In this document: positions 13,580 through 30,300 of the stretch, piece by piece
How positions within the stretch are numbered: the stretch's first letter is position 1
Layout: the number at the start of each line of letters is the position of its first letter
Assembly: GCF_048593235.1 (NCBI RefSeq)
Contig: NC_133622.1
Location: forward strand, 257,118,055-257,182,054
Source of the DNA: Sminthopsis crassicaudata
Taxonomy: Eukaryota
Direction of reading: 5' to 3'
DNA length: 64,000 bases
The notes under the pieces: model-generated
Databases searched by the model: none
Told to the model about the DNA's origin: nothing
The model's input: only the letters and a program-made list of their open reading frames with translations
Translations under genes and position numbers: made by a program

Positions 13580-14367
13580 GGAAACTGGGACACTAATACA
13601 TTGCTGGTGGAGTTGTGAAAGAATCCAGCCATTCTGGAGAGCAATCTGGAATTATGCCCAAAAAGTTATCAAACTGTGCATACCCTTTGACCCAGCAGCG
13701 CTACTACTGGGATTATATCCCAAAGAAATACTAAAGAGCGGAAAGAGACATATATGTGCCAAAATGTTTGTGGCAGCTCTTTTTGTTGTAGCTAGAAACT
13801 GGAGGATGAATGGATGTCCATCAGTTGGAGAATGGTTGGGTAAATTGTGGTATATGAAGGTTATGGAATATTATTGCTCGGTAAGAAATGACCAGCAGGA
13901 GGAATATAGAGAGGCCTGGAGAGACTTAAATCAACTGATGCTGAGTGAAATGAGCAGAACCAGAAGATCACTGTACACTTCAACAACAATACTGTATGAG
14001 GATGTATTCTGATGGAAGTGGAAATCTTCAACATAAAGAAGATCCAACTCACTTCCAGTTGATCAATGATGGACAGAGGTAGCTGCACCCAGAGAAGAAA
14101 CACTGGGAGGGAAATGAAAATTGTTAGCACTAATATCTGTCTGCCCAGGTTGCATGTACCTTCGGATTCTAATGTTTATTGTGCAAAAAGAAAGTGATAT
14201 CGCACACATGTATTGTACCTAGACTATATTGTAACACATGTAAAATGTATGGTATTGCCTGTCGTCGGGGGGAGGGAATAGAGGGAGGGGGGGTAAATTG
14301 GAAAAATGAATACAAGGGATAATATTATAAAAAATATATATATATATATATATATATAATAAAAAAA
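13580..14367 (+). mobile_element. Young 5'-truncated L1 (ORF2 end, 3' UTR, (TA)n/poly-A tail)
   Basis: ORF 13764-14012 MFVAALFVVARNWRMNGCPSVGEWLGKLWY...; 15-bp TSD AAAATCTCCCCCATA at 13565-13579 and 14368-14382. Confidence 0.92.
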
Positions 14368-14399
14368 AAAATCTCCCCCATAAAGACTAGAGATTATGT

Positions 14400-16000
14400 T
14401 CCCGTATCTTTAAGAGATGAGGGAATCTTGGAGTGACAGGTTTTCTGACATTCTAAGAGGCATGTTGGGAGACTGGAAAATAAACTTTTGGAGATTTATC
14501 TGAGAGAAAGGAGGTGAAGAGAGCTTTTTTTGTGAGGTAACTATTTTAACTCATATTGTGAAGCATCATTAACAGGAGAATTTGTGAGAGATTTTTCTTG
14601 TTTTTGAGAGTCAAATGGTTGGGACTTTTTTATAATTAAGAAGTTAGCATTTATACTGATGGTCAAAGGTAACTTTGTGATGATACTGTCTGCAAAAAGG
14701 ATAATTTCATCTCCCCCCATATCTATTTTTTTTTTGCTTTCTTTTGTGTTACTAACATCACTAACATATCCAGGATGGCATCAAATCACACTCAAGTAGT
14801 TTTGGGGGTCAACCACAGTCACATGTAGCCCAATCAGGTTTTCTTTAATTGTTAATGGCACATTTTCTGAATTCTCATTCTGCGTTCTAAGATAATCAAA
14901 GGGTATTTTCTGATATTTCTACATTAATTATTTAAAATTTTGAATCTTAGTAATGTCCTAAGTCCCTACCTCCTTTTATTATCATATATTTGATAAATTG
15001 AAGAAGCGTCTTTTGCTCATTTCTAGATAAGCCAGAAATAGAAGTGAAAAGAATAATTTGATAAACTATAGAATGCAAAGAGTTTTTTTTTTTTGTTTGT
15101 TTGTTTTTGTACTGTCATTCTTTTCATTGAAATATTTATTTTCTCTCTCTCCCTTTTGGCTCCCAGTTTATTTTTAATATTAAAATAATAATAGCTTTTC
15201 ACTCTTCAAAATAAATGCAAAGATAGTTTTCAACATTCACCCTTGCAAAAACTTGTGTTCCAAAATTTTCCCCCTCCCTTCTCATCTCCCTGCTCCCCTA
15301 GACAGCAAGTAATCTAAGTTAAACATGTGCAATTCTTCTAAACATATTTCCAAATTTATTATTCTGCACAAGAAAAATCAGATAAAAAGGGGGAAATTGA
15401 GAAAGAAAAAAACAAAAAAAGTGAAAGTATCATATTATGATCCACTGTGAATGTGATCCACATTCAGTCTCCATAGTCGTCTCTCTGGATGCAGATGGCT
15501 CTTTCCATCACAAGTCTATTAGAATTTCCTTGAATTACTTAATTGTTGAAAAAGTGCCAAGTCCATCATGGTTGATCATCACAATGTTCTCTTGGTTCTA
15601 TTCACCTCACTCAACATCAATTCATGTAAGTCTTTCCAGGCTTTTCTGAAATCATCCTTTTGATCATTTCTTACATACCAATAATATTCCATTCATATGC
15701 CATCACTTATTCAGCCATTCCCCAACTGATGGGTATCTACTCAGTTTCCAGTTTCTCGACACTACAAAAAGGTTGCTATAGACATTTTTGCCCACATGGT
15801 TTGTTTTCCCCTTTTTATGATCTCTTTGGGATGCAAAACCAGTAGACACACTGCTGGATCAAAAGGTATGCACAATTTTATATTGGCCCCCAGTTTTATA
15901 CATTGTCAAGCAAAGATTTTTTCCCCAAATTGTCCATGTCCAAAAATGTACATCTTATTTTGTGTTTTGAGTGTTATTCATCCTTCATTTTTCATTGTAC
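14400..16000 (-). mobile_element. Old L1 fragments (ORF2 and 3' UTR)
   Basis: Marsupial L1 3'-end sequence on the minus strand (15180-15880) and degraded ORF2 sequence upstream. Confidence 0.65.
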
Positions 16001-16620
16001 CAATAACAACCTGATATGATGGGAAATGACTGGAGCACAAATTGGATTTAAACGAGGTGTAGTTGTACAAAGTCATCAGCATCATTATATCTTCCAGAGT
16101 CATCGAAGCCCAGTGTCCAGGTAAAGGCCAAGACCAGTGGCCCAGGATGTACTGAATGAGCTTGGCATCTTTGCTTTCTGACCAAGCTCTAAGTGCTTTG
16201 CAGTGCCTGTTGCAGCTGCCTTCATGGCCATTGGAACAAACTGTCCTCATTTGCCCATTCTACCAGGATAAGGCTTCACATGCTTGGAATAGACATCATC
16301 TAAATCACAGATTAGTTCAGATCCCCGAGTTATCCTCAACCTGGTTTAGTCTATCAAAAGTTTTCTGGGTGTGGCCACTGCACACATTCCAGCTTCTTGG
16401 AGTCATGAGTGAGAATTCAGTGACAGGTGGACACCGAAGGTGAGAAGTAACCCTTACCCCCTTTGGGGAGTATCATTGTGTTTGATATGATCGGAATTCT
16501 TAAATGTTTCAAAGTTGTCTGTCTTTCCAATCTTGTCCTTCCATAAATTGTCCTGGTTCCTCTCACTTTGCTCTGTATCAGTTCACATTAGTCTTCCCAG
16601 GTTTCTCTGAAATGGATTCT

Positions 16621-16980
16621 TGTTAGGTTCTTACTAAGTGCTAATGAGATAATGAGATATTAGGTTCTTACTAAGTGCTAAAGTCGGTACTTGACAATTC
16701 TCTAGTTCCGGCCATAACTGGGAGTTTTACTTGTGAATTTCTGGGGAAGAGCTTGCATGCTTAGGAGGAGCAAGTTCATTGGTTGAAGTAATTTTTCCCA
16801 GAAGCCCTTGCATTATCCCACGCCTATTCTCTGGGAGGATAAAAGAGGGAAGTCACTACTCTGGTTGAGAGTTAACTGCAACTGTCTGGAGACAACAGCT
16901 CTCTACAGGAAGAAGAATCTGTCCGAGAGATTTGAGTTGACACCGCAGATCTCCTCCCAGAGAGCGACTGGCACATTACA
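16621..16980 (+). mobile_element. Solo LTR related to the LTRs of the 21.4-24.8 kb provirus
   Basis: TGTTAGG...ATTACA ends, perfect 6-bp TSD GATTCT, shares GAGGAGCAAG.TCATTGGTTGAAGT...TTCCCAGAAGCCCTTGCA...GGGAGGATAAAA core with the proviral LTRs. Confidence 0.9.
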
Positions 16981-17380
16981 GATTCTCCCACCATTTCCAA
17001 CAGGAAATAACATTTGATTATGTTAATATATCAGTTTGTCCAGCCAGTTCCCAATGAATAGCCATCGGCTTAGTTTCTAGTGCTGACACTACAAAAAGAC
17101 CTGCTATAACTATTTTCATACTTATGAGTCCTTTCCCATTTCCCTTGATTTCTTTGAGTTATAGATCTTGTAGCAGTGTAGCCTGGTCATGCTACTTGTT
17201 CAGTAACTTTAGGGACACAGTTCAGAAAGACTGGACTCGTTCACAGTTCTACCAATAGTGCATCAATATGCCTGTTTTCCTGCTGTCCCTCCAATATGTT
17301 GTCATTTTCCTATTTTGTCAACTTCACTACTTTAATGAGAGTGAAGAGGAATCTGAAAGTTACTTTAATTTGCATTTTCT

Positions 17381-17665
17381 TTTTTTTTTTTTAAATTTTT
17401 TATTTTATTTTATAATTATAACATTTTTTGACAGTACATATGCATGGGTAATTTTTTACAACATTATCCCTTGCACTTACTTCTATTCAGATTTTTTCCC
17501 TTCCTCCCCCAACCCCCTCCCCCAGATGGCAAGCAGTCCTATATATGTTAAATATATTACAGTATAATTTAGATACAATATATGTGTGTAGAACCGAATT
17601 TTTTGTTGCACAGGAAGAATTGGATTCAGAAGGTAAAAATAACAGTTTACATTCATTTCCCAGTG
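17381..17665 (-). mobile_element. Short 5'-truncated L1 3' end
   Basis: Poly-T at left end, L1 3' UTR, TSD TGCATTTTCT at 17371-17380 and 17666-17675. Confidence 0.85.
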
Positions 17666-18876
17666 TGCATTTTCTAATTTGTTATTGTTTTAGAGCATTT
17701 TCATGTCTGTTGACAGCTTAGGTTTCTTCCTTTGAAAATATGCTGTTCATATCCTTTGATTATCCCTTGGGGAGTGACTCAGTCTTATACATTTTAATCG
17801 AGTCTTCATATATCTTTGAAATGAAATATTTATTAGGAAACTTACTGCAAATACTACCCCCTCAGTTACCCAATTCCCTTCTAATTTTGGTTGTGTTGTT
17901 TGCTTTTGCAAAATATGTAAAACAATTTTATGTAAAAAAAATTATCCATTTTTTCCTTTGGTAATTCTCTCCATCTTTGAAGAGTTTTTTTTGTTTGTTT
18001 TTGTTTTTACAAAAACTTCTGGGGAAACTGGGAAGGAATTTGGAAGAAAGTTAGGTCAGACCAACATTTAACATTATACAACATTTCACAATAAAATTAA
18101 AATAGATAGGGGACCTAATTATGCTATAAAAATAATGAGGAATAAAAGAGCAGGTACTATTTATAGCTAAGAAAAGGAGGCAGATTTTTTAAACTAATCA
18201 AGAAAGGAGATCATAAAAGATAAAACAATCGTGTATAATTTAAAGTTTTTGTGCAAATGAAATAAATAAAGATAGAATTAGATGAAAACTAGCTGAGGGT
18301 GATGGTAGTGGTGGAAATTACTTGGATCAAATATCACTGTTAAAAGCCTGATATACAAAATATACAGGGAATTTATCCAAATACATATCTCTGAGCCATT
18401 CCCAAAATTATTAGGATATATCCACCATTTTCAGAAGAACTGATAGCTTAAAATAATCACTTGAAAACATGCTTAAGATCACTACGAACAATATCTCATT
18501 AATAAGCAAATCTCTTTATCTTATACCATGCAAAATATATGAAAACAGTCAATGATGGAGAAACTCTGGGAATTCAGACAAACAATCCATACTTCTGAAG
18601 ATTGTTGTGGTGCTGTGAGGTAGTCCAACAAGTCTGAATTTCTACTAGGCTATGTTAAGAACAGCAACAAAACTGTCCATACCATTTGACCCAGAAATCT
18701 CACAACTAGTCTGATACTCTTAGGAGGTCAGAAACAAAAAAATATTTATGTAAATATTTTGAGCAGCATTCTTTGTGTTTATTGATGGAACAATGGTCAA
18801 TTTAAAAATCAATTTGATTCAATCAAGTAAAATGCTTCTATCTGGGCTCTTTTATAGTGAAATGTCTCTCTAAAAC

Positions 18877-19155
18877 TGTTAAGGGTTCAGGTCAATTCTC
18901 AAAGAGCCTCCACAGTTGTGAATCATAACATCTGAAGGAGTTGCAAGGCAGCCTTTACTGACACAGATGTTGCTTGTGGACTGGGAATGAAATAAATTGG
19001 AGGCAGAGGGAAGAGGAGAGAGGTCAGACAACGTAATGGCCTCTCAGTCAGAGAGGTCAGAGAACAGCAACTGCCTCTCGTTCTCCTTGTATCATCCTCT
19101 CACACAAGGAGATCCATTCTGCAGGTCTGAGTTGGATCTCCAGCAGCCACTGTCA
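18877..19155 (+). mobile_element. Truncated solo LTR, same family as 9291-9650
   Basis: Long shared sequence GGTCAATTCTC..AGAGCCTCCACAGTTGTGAATCATAACATCTGAAGGAG...GGAAGAGGAGAGAGGTCAGACAAC. Confidence 0.75.
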
Positions 19156-19385
19156 TGCTAGGATCCACAGTGTCACTATGATCCACTTTATGTCACTTAA
19201 CATAAAACATGAGATTTCTTTCAGGAGGTGAATGATGGGTTCTTTCCATTTTTATTTTCCCCTATATTTCTAAGTATGTTATCAATTTTCATTAGAATTT
19301 CTTAGAATTAGGTAAACCAGGCTTTAAGATTTTTTGGTCATAGTTTGCAAATAGTCTAAAGATTCCCCCCCCCCCCCCCCCGGCC

Positions 19386-19503
19386 AGTTAAGTGACTTGC
19401 CCAGGGTCACACAGCTAGGATTAAGTGTCTGAGACCATATTTGAACTCGGATCCTCCTGAATTCAGGGCTGGTGTTCTATCCACTGTGCCACCTAGCTGC
19501 CCC
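19386..19503 (-). mobile_element. WSINE1-like tRNA-derived SINE
   Basis: Reverse complement reads GGGGCAGCTAGGTGGCACAGTGGATAGAACACCAGCCCTGAATTCAGGAGGATCCGAGTTCAAAT... with Pol III A and B boxes. Confidence 0.85.
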
Positions 19504-20199
19504 CTCAGAGTAGGTTTAGTGATGATGATGATGAAAAAAGTGATAATGATGAAAATTAGCATTTATTTATATAGCACTTAAAGGTTTACAAAGCACTTTT
19601 CAGATTATTTGCTCATCTCCATTTTACAGATGAGGAAACTGAGGTGGAATGTTTTATCTATAAAATGATCATAGCACAAGAACTTATAAACTTTGGGAAG
19701 TTTTTGTGAGGACCAAATGAGAAAGCATGCTACAGCACTTTAAAAACTTAATTTTCATTTTTATCAATGGTTATAGCTTGAGTGAGGATCCAGCAAAGGT
19801 AACTGAAAAGGAGCAATCAGACAGGAAGACTGGAGACTATTGTGTCCTAAAAACTGGAGAGAAGAGGGTATTGAGGAAAGGATCAAATGCTATGAAGAGA
19901 TCAATAAGGATGGAAATTATCATAAGATTTAACCATTAGAAAATCATTGGTAACTTTGGAAAGAATAGTTTCAGATGAATGATGAAGTCTAAAGCCAGAC
20001 TATCAAGAATTAAAAAGAAAGTGAGAAGTGGAGGCACCAACTGGAGGTAGCCTTCTCAAGTTTAGTCACAAAAAGAAAGAGAGATATGGGATTATGGGTA
20101 GAAGGGATAGATAAATCAAATATGGGAGTTTTGAGAAAGGGAATAGACCAGGCAAAAGGGAAACAAGCCAGAAGACAATGGAAATGGCATAGGGAGCTA

Positions 20200-21130
20200 A
20201 TGTGCTGGAAAATAAAGAAGTTTCAATAGTTCTCTTTTGGTATTTAATGGGATTTCTAAATTTGTTGACTTTTTGTTTCCTAATTTCTTGACCAATTTGT
20301 TGATCTGTTCTTTTGCTAATTTTTTTTATGAAAGTGCTTAAAGCTTTATTTTTTCCCCTAAATAACTGTTTTAGCTGTACCCAATAGGATTATACTCCAT
20401 TTTTCTGAGTAGGCAATTCTTGGCTGTACGCCTTATCTCTTGGGTTCTAAAACAGTATAATCCAAGCTCTTTACTTCTTTATAGTGATGGTTGCTAAATT
20501 TTGAATTAGGCTGATTATATTTCCTTAAGATTTAAATTCTTTCTTCCTGGTAGTTTTCCTTGACTTGCAAAACTCTCAATTTTGGCTACAATGTTCCTGA
20601 TGGTTTTTATTTTGAAATTTCTTTCAAAGAAATTGACTTTTTATATTTTGACTTTGCCATCTGGTTCTGAAAGATGTGCAATTATCTTACGATTTCTTGA
20701 AATATGATATCTAGCCTTACTTAGATCCTCCTTTTATTTTAATAAGATTCGTTGTAGTTTATTCTATTTTCTCCCCTTGTTGTCTTTAAACAGAAATCAT
20801 TAACTTCTGTCTGGTCCATTATAATTTTTCCAGGAATTGGTCACTTGTTTAATATTTTATACCTCTCATTCCAAGTTGTTAATTCTCATTCCAATTTTTG
20901 TTCTATTGTTTTCATTCTTTTCTAAACTTCCCCCAGTCCTGCCTTTTATTTTCCAATTATTTCTTCTAACATTCTCATTTAATTTATAAAATAATATTTT
21001 AGCTTTTTTCTTTTTTTTTTTTTTGATTCTTGCTTTATCACTTCCAGTAATTCTCATTGAACTTTGTATCCAAGCTGTGTTTTTTCGTTGAAGCTTGATT
21101 TGTAGATATTTGGGGATCATTCTCTTCTTG
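20200..21130 (-). mobile_element. L1 ORF1 remnant
   Basis: Minus-strand reads ...KIGMRINNLE... and IFQEI(IKEN)...PDGKVK, typical of L1 ORF1 coiled coil and RRM; disrupted. Confidence 0.65.
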
Positions 21131-21271
21131 GTTTGTGTGTGTTTTTGAAGCAGCAATAAGAATTAAGTGACTTGCCCAAGGTTACCGGTAAGTATCTATG
21201 GTAGATTTGAACTCAGGTCCTCTTGATTCCAGGGCTGCTGCTCAATCCATGGAACCACTTAGCTGCCCCAA
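21131..21271 (-). mobile_element. WSINE1/CORE-type SINE
   Basis: SINE consensus; 15-bp TSD ATCATTCTCTTCTTG at 21116-21130 and 21272-21286. Confidence 0.85.
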
Positions 21272-22046
21272 ATCATTCTCTTCTTGTCATTTCATATTGA
21301 GTGTCCCTGTCATCATAATAGTTTTCTATGATGGGCTCTTTTTTTACTTGCTCATTCTTCTGTCCTTACAGTGTTAGGATTACTAGGTGAGAACTCAGGT
21401 TGTCTGGAGTGACAAGGTGAGAATTCAGGTTGACTTGACAGTTCTCTGGCTCAGACCTTTGGTTTGGGCCTTTAAAGGGAGTTTACACTTTAGGAATTCT
21501 AGGAGGAGCAAGCTCATTGGTTGAAGTGGTTCTTCCCAGAAGCCCTTGTATGATCCCACGCCCATTCTCTGGGAGGATAAAAAGAGGCAGCATTGAGCCT
21601 GGAGAGCAGTCTGGACTGGGGAAGGACACGAGCTGGAGGAGATTCAGAGCCTGGATTTAGGAAGAAGAAGAGGCTGACTGGAGGCTCCAGAAGCCTCCCA
21701 AGAAACCTGCTCATAGAGGAAAAGATTATACAGAAAAGAAACCTCCTCCCAGAGAAGGATTACAACTGAGAGAAAATCAGAACACTACAATTGGCGCCCA
21801 ATGTGGGGCAAGGACTTTTGCTTATCCTGACAAGAGGAGCTAGACCAGACCTTCGCAATTTGGCTCCTGAATAGGAACAGACACGGTCCTGATTCCAGTG
21901 GAAAAGCCTCCCATCCAGATCTCAGTCTCTCTGACCCAGAACCATGAGTAACGAGGAAACTTTGTTAAAGATTAAGTGAGCGTGCTAATAGATAAATAAG
22001 GAACTTAACTTGTTAAGGGCTAAACCAGCAATCTCTTATAGCTGAA

Positions 22047-23879
22047 ATGGGGCAGATGTTAGCTAAGTACAATCCCTTGACCTCAGCCGACTCAACCCCA
22101 GCCCCAGAGACAGCCTCAGCTCCAGCCCCATTCAGGAGTGGTACTATAGAGAGTATAATTAAGATAATTGAGGAGCAGAGTTTACTTGTAACCTGGGTAC
22201 AGATTGCTAAACTCTTGGCTGCATTAAGACGCACATCTCCTTGGTTCTTAGAGGAAGAAAAGATAGATGTAGATAAATGGAAGCTAGTGGGATTTGAAAT
22301 GAAAGAATTTCATGCAAAAAAAATGGGCCTCGTTCAATTTCTGCAGAAGTATTTTATATCTACAACATAGTTCAATTAGCCTTAAACTATCAAGCAAGTT
22401 GTAGGAGAAGGAAAAGTTTTAAAAATGAACAGAGGAGGAAGTGTGAAGAAAAAAGGAAAGATCAAGATCTTGTCCTAGAGCAAGAGGATTTAAATGAGGA
22501 ATTAGGGTATGATTCTCTTGAAGAAGCTTCAACCCTGCCTAGAGAGCAGATTATTGACAGGCCCACATCAACCTCACCTTCAGAGGTGGAGGAAGAAGGA
22601 GGGGAAGAGGCAGAAACATAAACAGAATTGCCTGTGAAACAGCCTAAGCCTATGGCAAGATTAGAAAAAGCATTGGTTAAAGCTAAGAGAGAAGGACAGG
22701 ATATAAGTGATTTTATACATGCATATCCTGTGATTGAAGATATTGACTCTGTAGGTCAAAAAAGAAGAAGATATGCACCTTTAGATTTGAATAAAATTAA
22801 AGATTTGAAAAAAGGTTGTACCCTTTATGGGGCCACATCAGCTTATGTTAAAATGTTACTATATGGTTTGTCTTTTGAAGTCCTAACCCCAAATGATTGG
22901 AAATCCATAGCAAGGACATGCCTGGAACCTGGAGAAAATTTGCTATGGCTTGCGGAGTTTCATGAATTATGTAAAATCCAAGTCAGATGCAATTTGGAAA
23001 TAGGAGTTAACACACAATTCACTTTTGAGCACTTAGCTGGTGAAGGTCGGTATGGAGAGAATTCAGAACAGATTAATTATACCATGACAATATATGAACA
23101 AATTGCTAAGGCTGCAATAAAAGCTTGGGGTGTCCTCCCTGGACAGAAAGATCGCGGAGAGGCTTTCATTAAAATACAGCAAGGTCCCAATGAACCTTTT
23201 GCAGATTTTGTGGGACGTTTGCAAACTGCTGTCAAAAGAACTATTAAGAGAAAATGCAGCTACAGAAATAATGACCAGACATCTGGCTAAGGAAAATGCC
23301 AATGAGATTTGCAAAAGAATTATATGGGGATTAGACAAAGATGCTCCTTTAGAGGAGATCATAAGACGCTGTGCTACAGTGGGAACAAATGCTTTTTACA
23401 CCCGGACAATGATGAATGTGGAAAGACGGGGTCCCTCCTGGCAAGGGACTTCTAGAGAAACTCGGCGATGTTTTCAATGTGGAAAAATTGGGCATCTAAG
23501 AGCTCAGTGTAGATATGGAGATAGAGTGAGAAGACAGGGTGAAAGAAGACCTAAAACCACATGTCCAAAATGCAACAGAGGACTCCATTGGGCATCAGAG
23601 TGTAAACTAATTCAGGGAAACGGGATGAGGGGCCCAGGTCCAGGGCCCCAGGCAAAAAAGACTTGGGGCATGATGGCAGCTGATGTTACACCCAAAGAGC
23701 CTTTAGAAGGTCAGGACTCTGATTTGATCAACCAGCAGAAAAGCAATCACATGGCAGAAAGGGATTACCTGATAAATCAGCCAAAAGGCAATCAGATTGC
23801 AAAAATGGATTACACTTGGGGAGAATACAGGCCTTTTAAACCAACAGGGCTGTGTCCAGTGCAAACAATTCAAATGTAA
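22047..23879 (+). pseudogene. gag: Frameshifted retroviral gag (MA-CA-NC)
   Basis: MGQMLAK... matrix with SPWFLEEEKIDVDKWK; capsid PVIED...YAPLDLNKIKDLKKGCTLYG...major homology region IQQGPNEPFADFVGRL; two CCHC knuckles CFQCGKIGHLRAQC and CPKCNRGLHWASEC. Split over ORFs 22047-22370, 22628-23290, 23130-23879. Confidence 0.92.
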
Positions 23880-23884
23880 TTGCC

Positions 23885-24040
23885 AGATGATGAGAAGAGA
23901 TTTAGAAAGTGGTAAATAGAAGAAAATTAGATAGGTTAACTGCCTGGGAGAGAGGGTTTGCTTGTATTTTAACAGACAGAAGGAAACAGACGAAGGAAAT
24001 AGATGGGTGGCAACAAGCACCTGGAGAGAGACAGAAAAAG
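23885..24040 (+). pseudogene. Integrase C-terminal remnant
   Basis: Reads MRRDLESGK*...AWERGFACI, matching the betaretroviral IN C-terminal W(G)RGYAC motif. Confidence 0.6.
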
Positions 24041-25279
24041 AGAAAAACCTCAAAATAAAGGAGAAAATCTAAGAAACATCTGGCAGTGAAAGAGCATGGC
24101 TAATAAAAAGACTGTTAAAGAACTTTAAAACCAGCAGGAATCATTGGATTTCCTAACACAAGATGAGACTAATGGACAATGGACTTATGGACATTTATAA
24201 ATTCTCAATTTATGATTATTTGATCATGTTATTTATATACTTCTAGCATGTATTATGTTACTATGTGTTTATGTAATTTATGTAATTATGTGTAATACCT
24301 CCCATATTGATGGATTTATGTTTCAAGTCATGACTATCCTATGTTCTAAATCAAAAGAAAGGGGGAGATGTTAGGATTACAAGGTGAGAACTCAGGTTGT
24401 CTGGACGGTGACAAGGTGAGAACTCAGGTTGTCTGGACAATTACAAGGTGAGAATTCAGGTTGACTTGACAGTTCTCTGGCTCAGACCTTTGGCTTGGGC
24501 CTTTAAAGGGAGTTTACACCTTAGGAATTCTAAGAGGAGCAAGCTCATTGCTTGGAGTACTTCTTCCCAGAAGCCCTTGCATGATCCCACACCCATTTCT
24601 GGGAGGATAAAAAGAGGCAGCATTGAGCCTGGAGAGCATTCTGGACTGGGGAAGGACAAGACCTGGAGGAGATTGAGAGCCAGGATTCAGGAAGAAGAAG
24701 AGGCTGGCTGGAGGCTGCAGAAGCCTCCCAAGAAACCTGCTCATAGAGGAAAAGATTATACAGAAAAGAAGCCTCCTGCCAGAGAAGGATCACAACTGAG
24801 AGGCGATCAGAACACTACATTACAGCCTGACTTTAAACTTCACGTGAGGGTCAGATTTGTGAGGAGAATGGCCGGTCATGTTCTGTCCTTTTGGGGGCTG
24901 CTTTGCTTTCTTGGGATACCGTGTGTTATTTCAGGAAATCAGGGACAGGTTGGAAAGTTGCAAACTTCTTCCAAAGTGTTCCCAAAGGGGTCTGGTTCAG
25001 CGTTATCACTCTTTGGATTCGGATGGCACTGGTTATTCCTCTCCCATTCTCACCCTCACCTCCTCCAGAAACCCATGGAAATGCATCATCTTTGCTATTC
25101 ACACCTCATTAGGAGCCTCAGTTGCCTGTGCTTGGAGGGCAGAGCAACCCGGCCCAGGCTCCATTTAAAAGAGGGCTCAGAAGTCCAGCTAATTCATTTT
25201 CCAACAGCTGCCCTCTTCGGCTTCCGTCATTCACAGCCCCCCCCCCCCCCCCATTCCACTTTCCCATTCCCGTGGGAGT

Positions 25280-29525
<4,246 letters not shown>

Positions 29526-29615
29526 CCGCGGGGTCGAGGTGAGCGGGCGCCCCCACCCCCCGCCCGGCCCTCGCCCCCACACTCGCGCCTGACTTTGCCT
29601 TCTGTCCCTGCCCAG

Positions 29616-29905
29616 GCTGGGGGTTCGGAGGTGCAGGCCCTGAGTGAGGGAGGGAGGAGCCGACGGACGGAGGACGGCGGATGGACGGCGGCCGGACGGA
29701 AGGGAGACGGCGGCGACCGCCCCTAGCTGCCGCTGGAGTTCCTGGTGCTGCCACGGAGGGCGAGAGTGGGCGCCTCGGACCCCCACCACAGGCTCTTTTG
29801 CACGGACTGTCTCCAACTCCCCAGCCCCAAACTGCTTCCTCTGCCTCCCCGCCCCCATGCCTGACCCACTGGGCTCATTTCAGTAAATTATTGGATGGTC
29901 TTGAC
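29616..29905 (+). other. HRAS: HRAS final 3' UTR exon (4B equivalent)
   Basis: Donor GAG|gtgagc at 29538/29539, acceptor cccag| at 29615, ends at conserved AGTAAATTATTGGATGGTCTTGA. Confidence 0.8.
29882..29887 (+). terminator. HRAS non-canonical poly(A) signal AGTAAA
   Basis: Embedded in CAGTAAATTATTGGATGGTCTTGA, which matches the recalled end of human HRAS mRNA. Confidence 0.75.
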
Positions 29906-30070
29906 CTCGGTGTGGCTGTGGGGGTCAAGGGGGGGCCCCAAGGAGCAGCCCGTCCCTAGGTATGGAAATGGGGGAGGGGCATCTGGCTCCTGCCTTTCCC
30001 CAAGGGAGTCTAGCCCACTGCGCGGGGCAGGCTCTGAGCTGGTGGGGAGGGGCCCAGAATGGGCAGGGGC

Positions 30071-30300
30071 AGGGCTGTGAACCCGGGGGTCTCTGCATTT
30101 GGGGGGTGCCCAGAAAGGGCCGGGCTCTGGGCTCCAGGGGGGATGCCCAGGCTGGGCAAGGCAGGGCTCTGAACCCGGGGGTCTCTGCATTGGGGGTGCC
30201 CAGAAAGGGCCGGGCTCTGGGCTCCAGGGGGGATGCCCAGGCTGGGCAAGGTAGGGCTCTGAACCCGGGGGTCTCTGCATTGGGGGTGCCCAGGAAGGGC
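30071..30300. repeat. ~2.5 x 90-bp tandem repeat between the convergent HRAS and TBC-gene 3' ends
   Basis: Unit AGGGCTCTGAACCCGGGGGTCTCTGCATTGGGGGTGCCCAGAAAGGGCCGGGCTCTGGGCTCCAGGGGGGATGCCCAGGCTGGGCAAGG(C/T). Confidence 0.92.

Larger units (their letters stand above)
21372..24819 (+). mobile_element. Internally deleted betaretrovirus-like (ERVK/ERV2-class) provirus: LTR-PBS-gag-IN fragment-PPT-LTR
   Basis: 5' LTR 21372-21789, 3' LTR 24369-24819, perfect TSD TTACAG (21366-21371, 24820-24825), PBS TGGCGCCCAATGTGGGGC (21792-21809, tRNA-Lys1,2-type), PPT AAAAGAAAGGGGGAGA before 24369. Confidence 0.95.
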
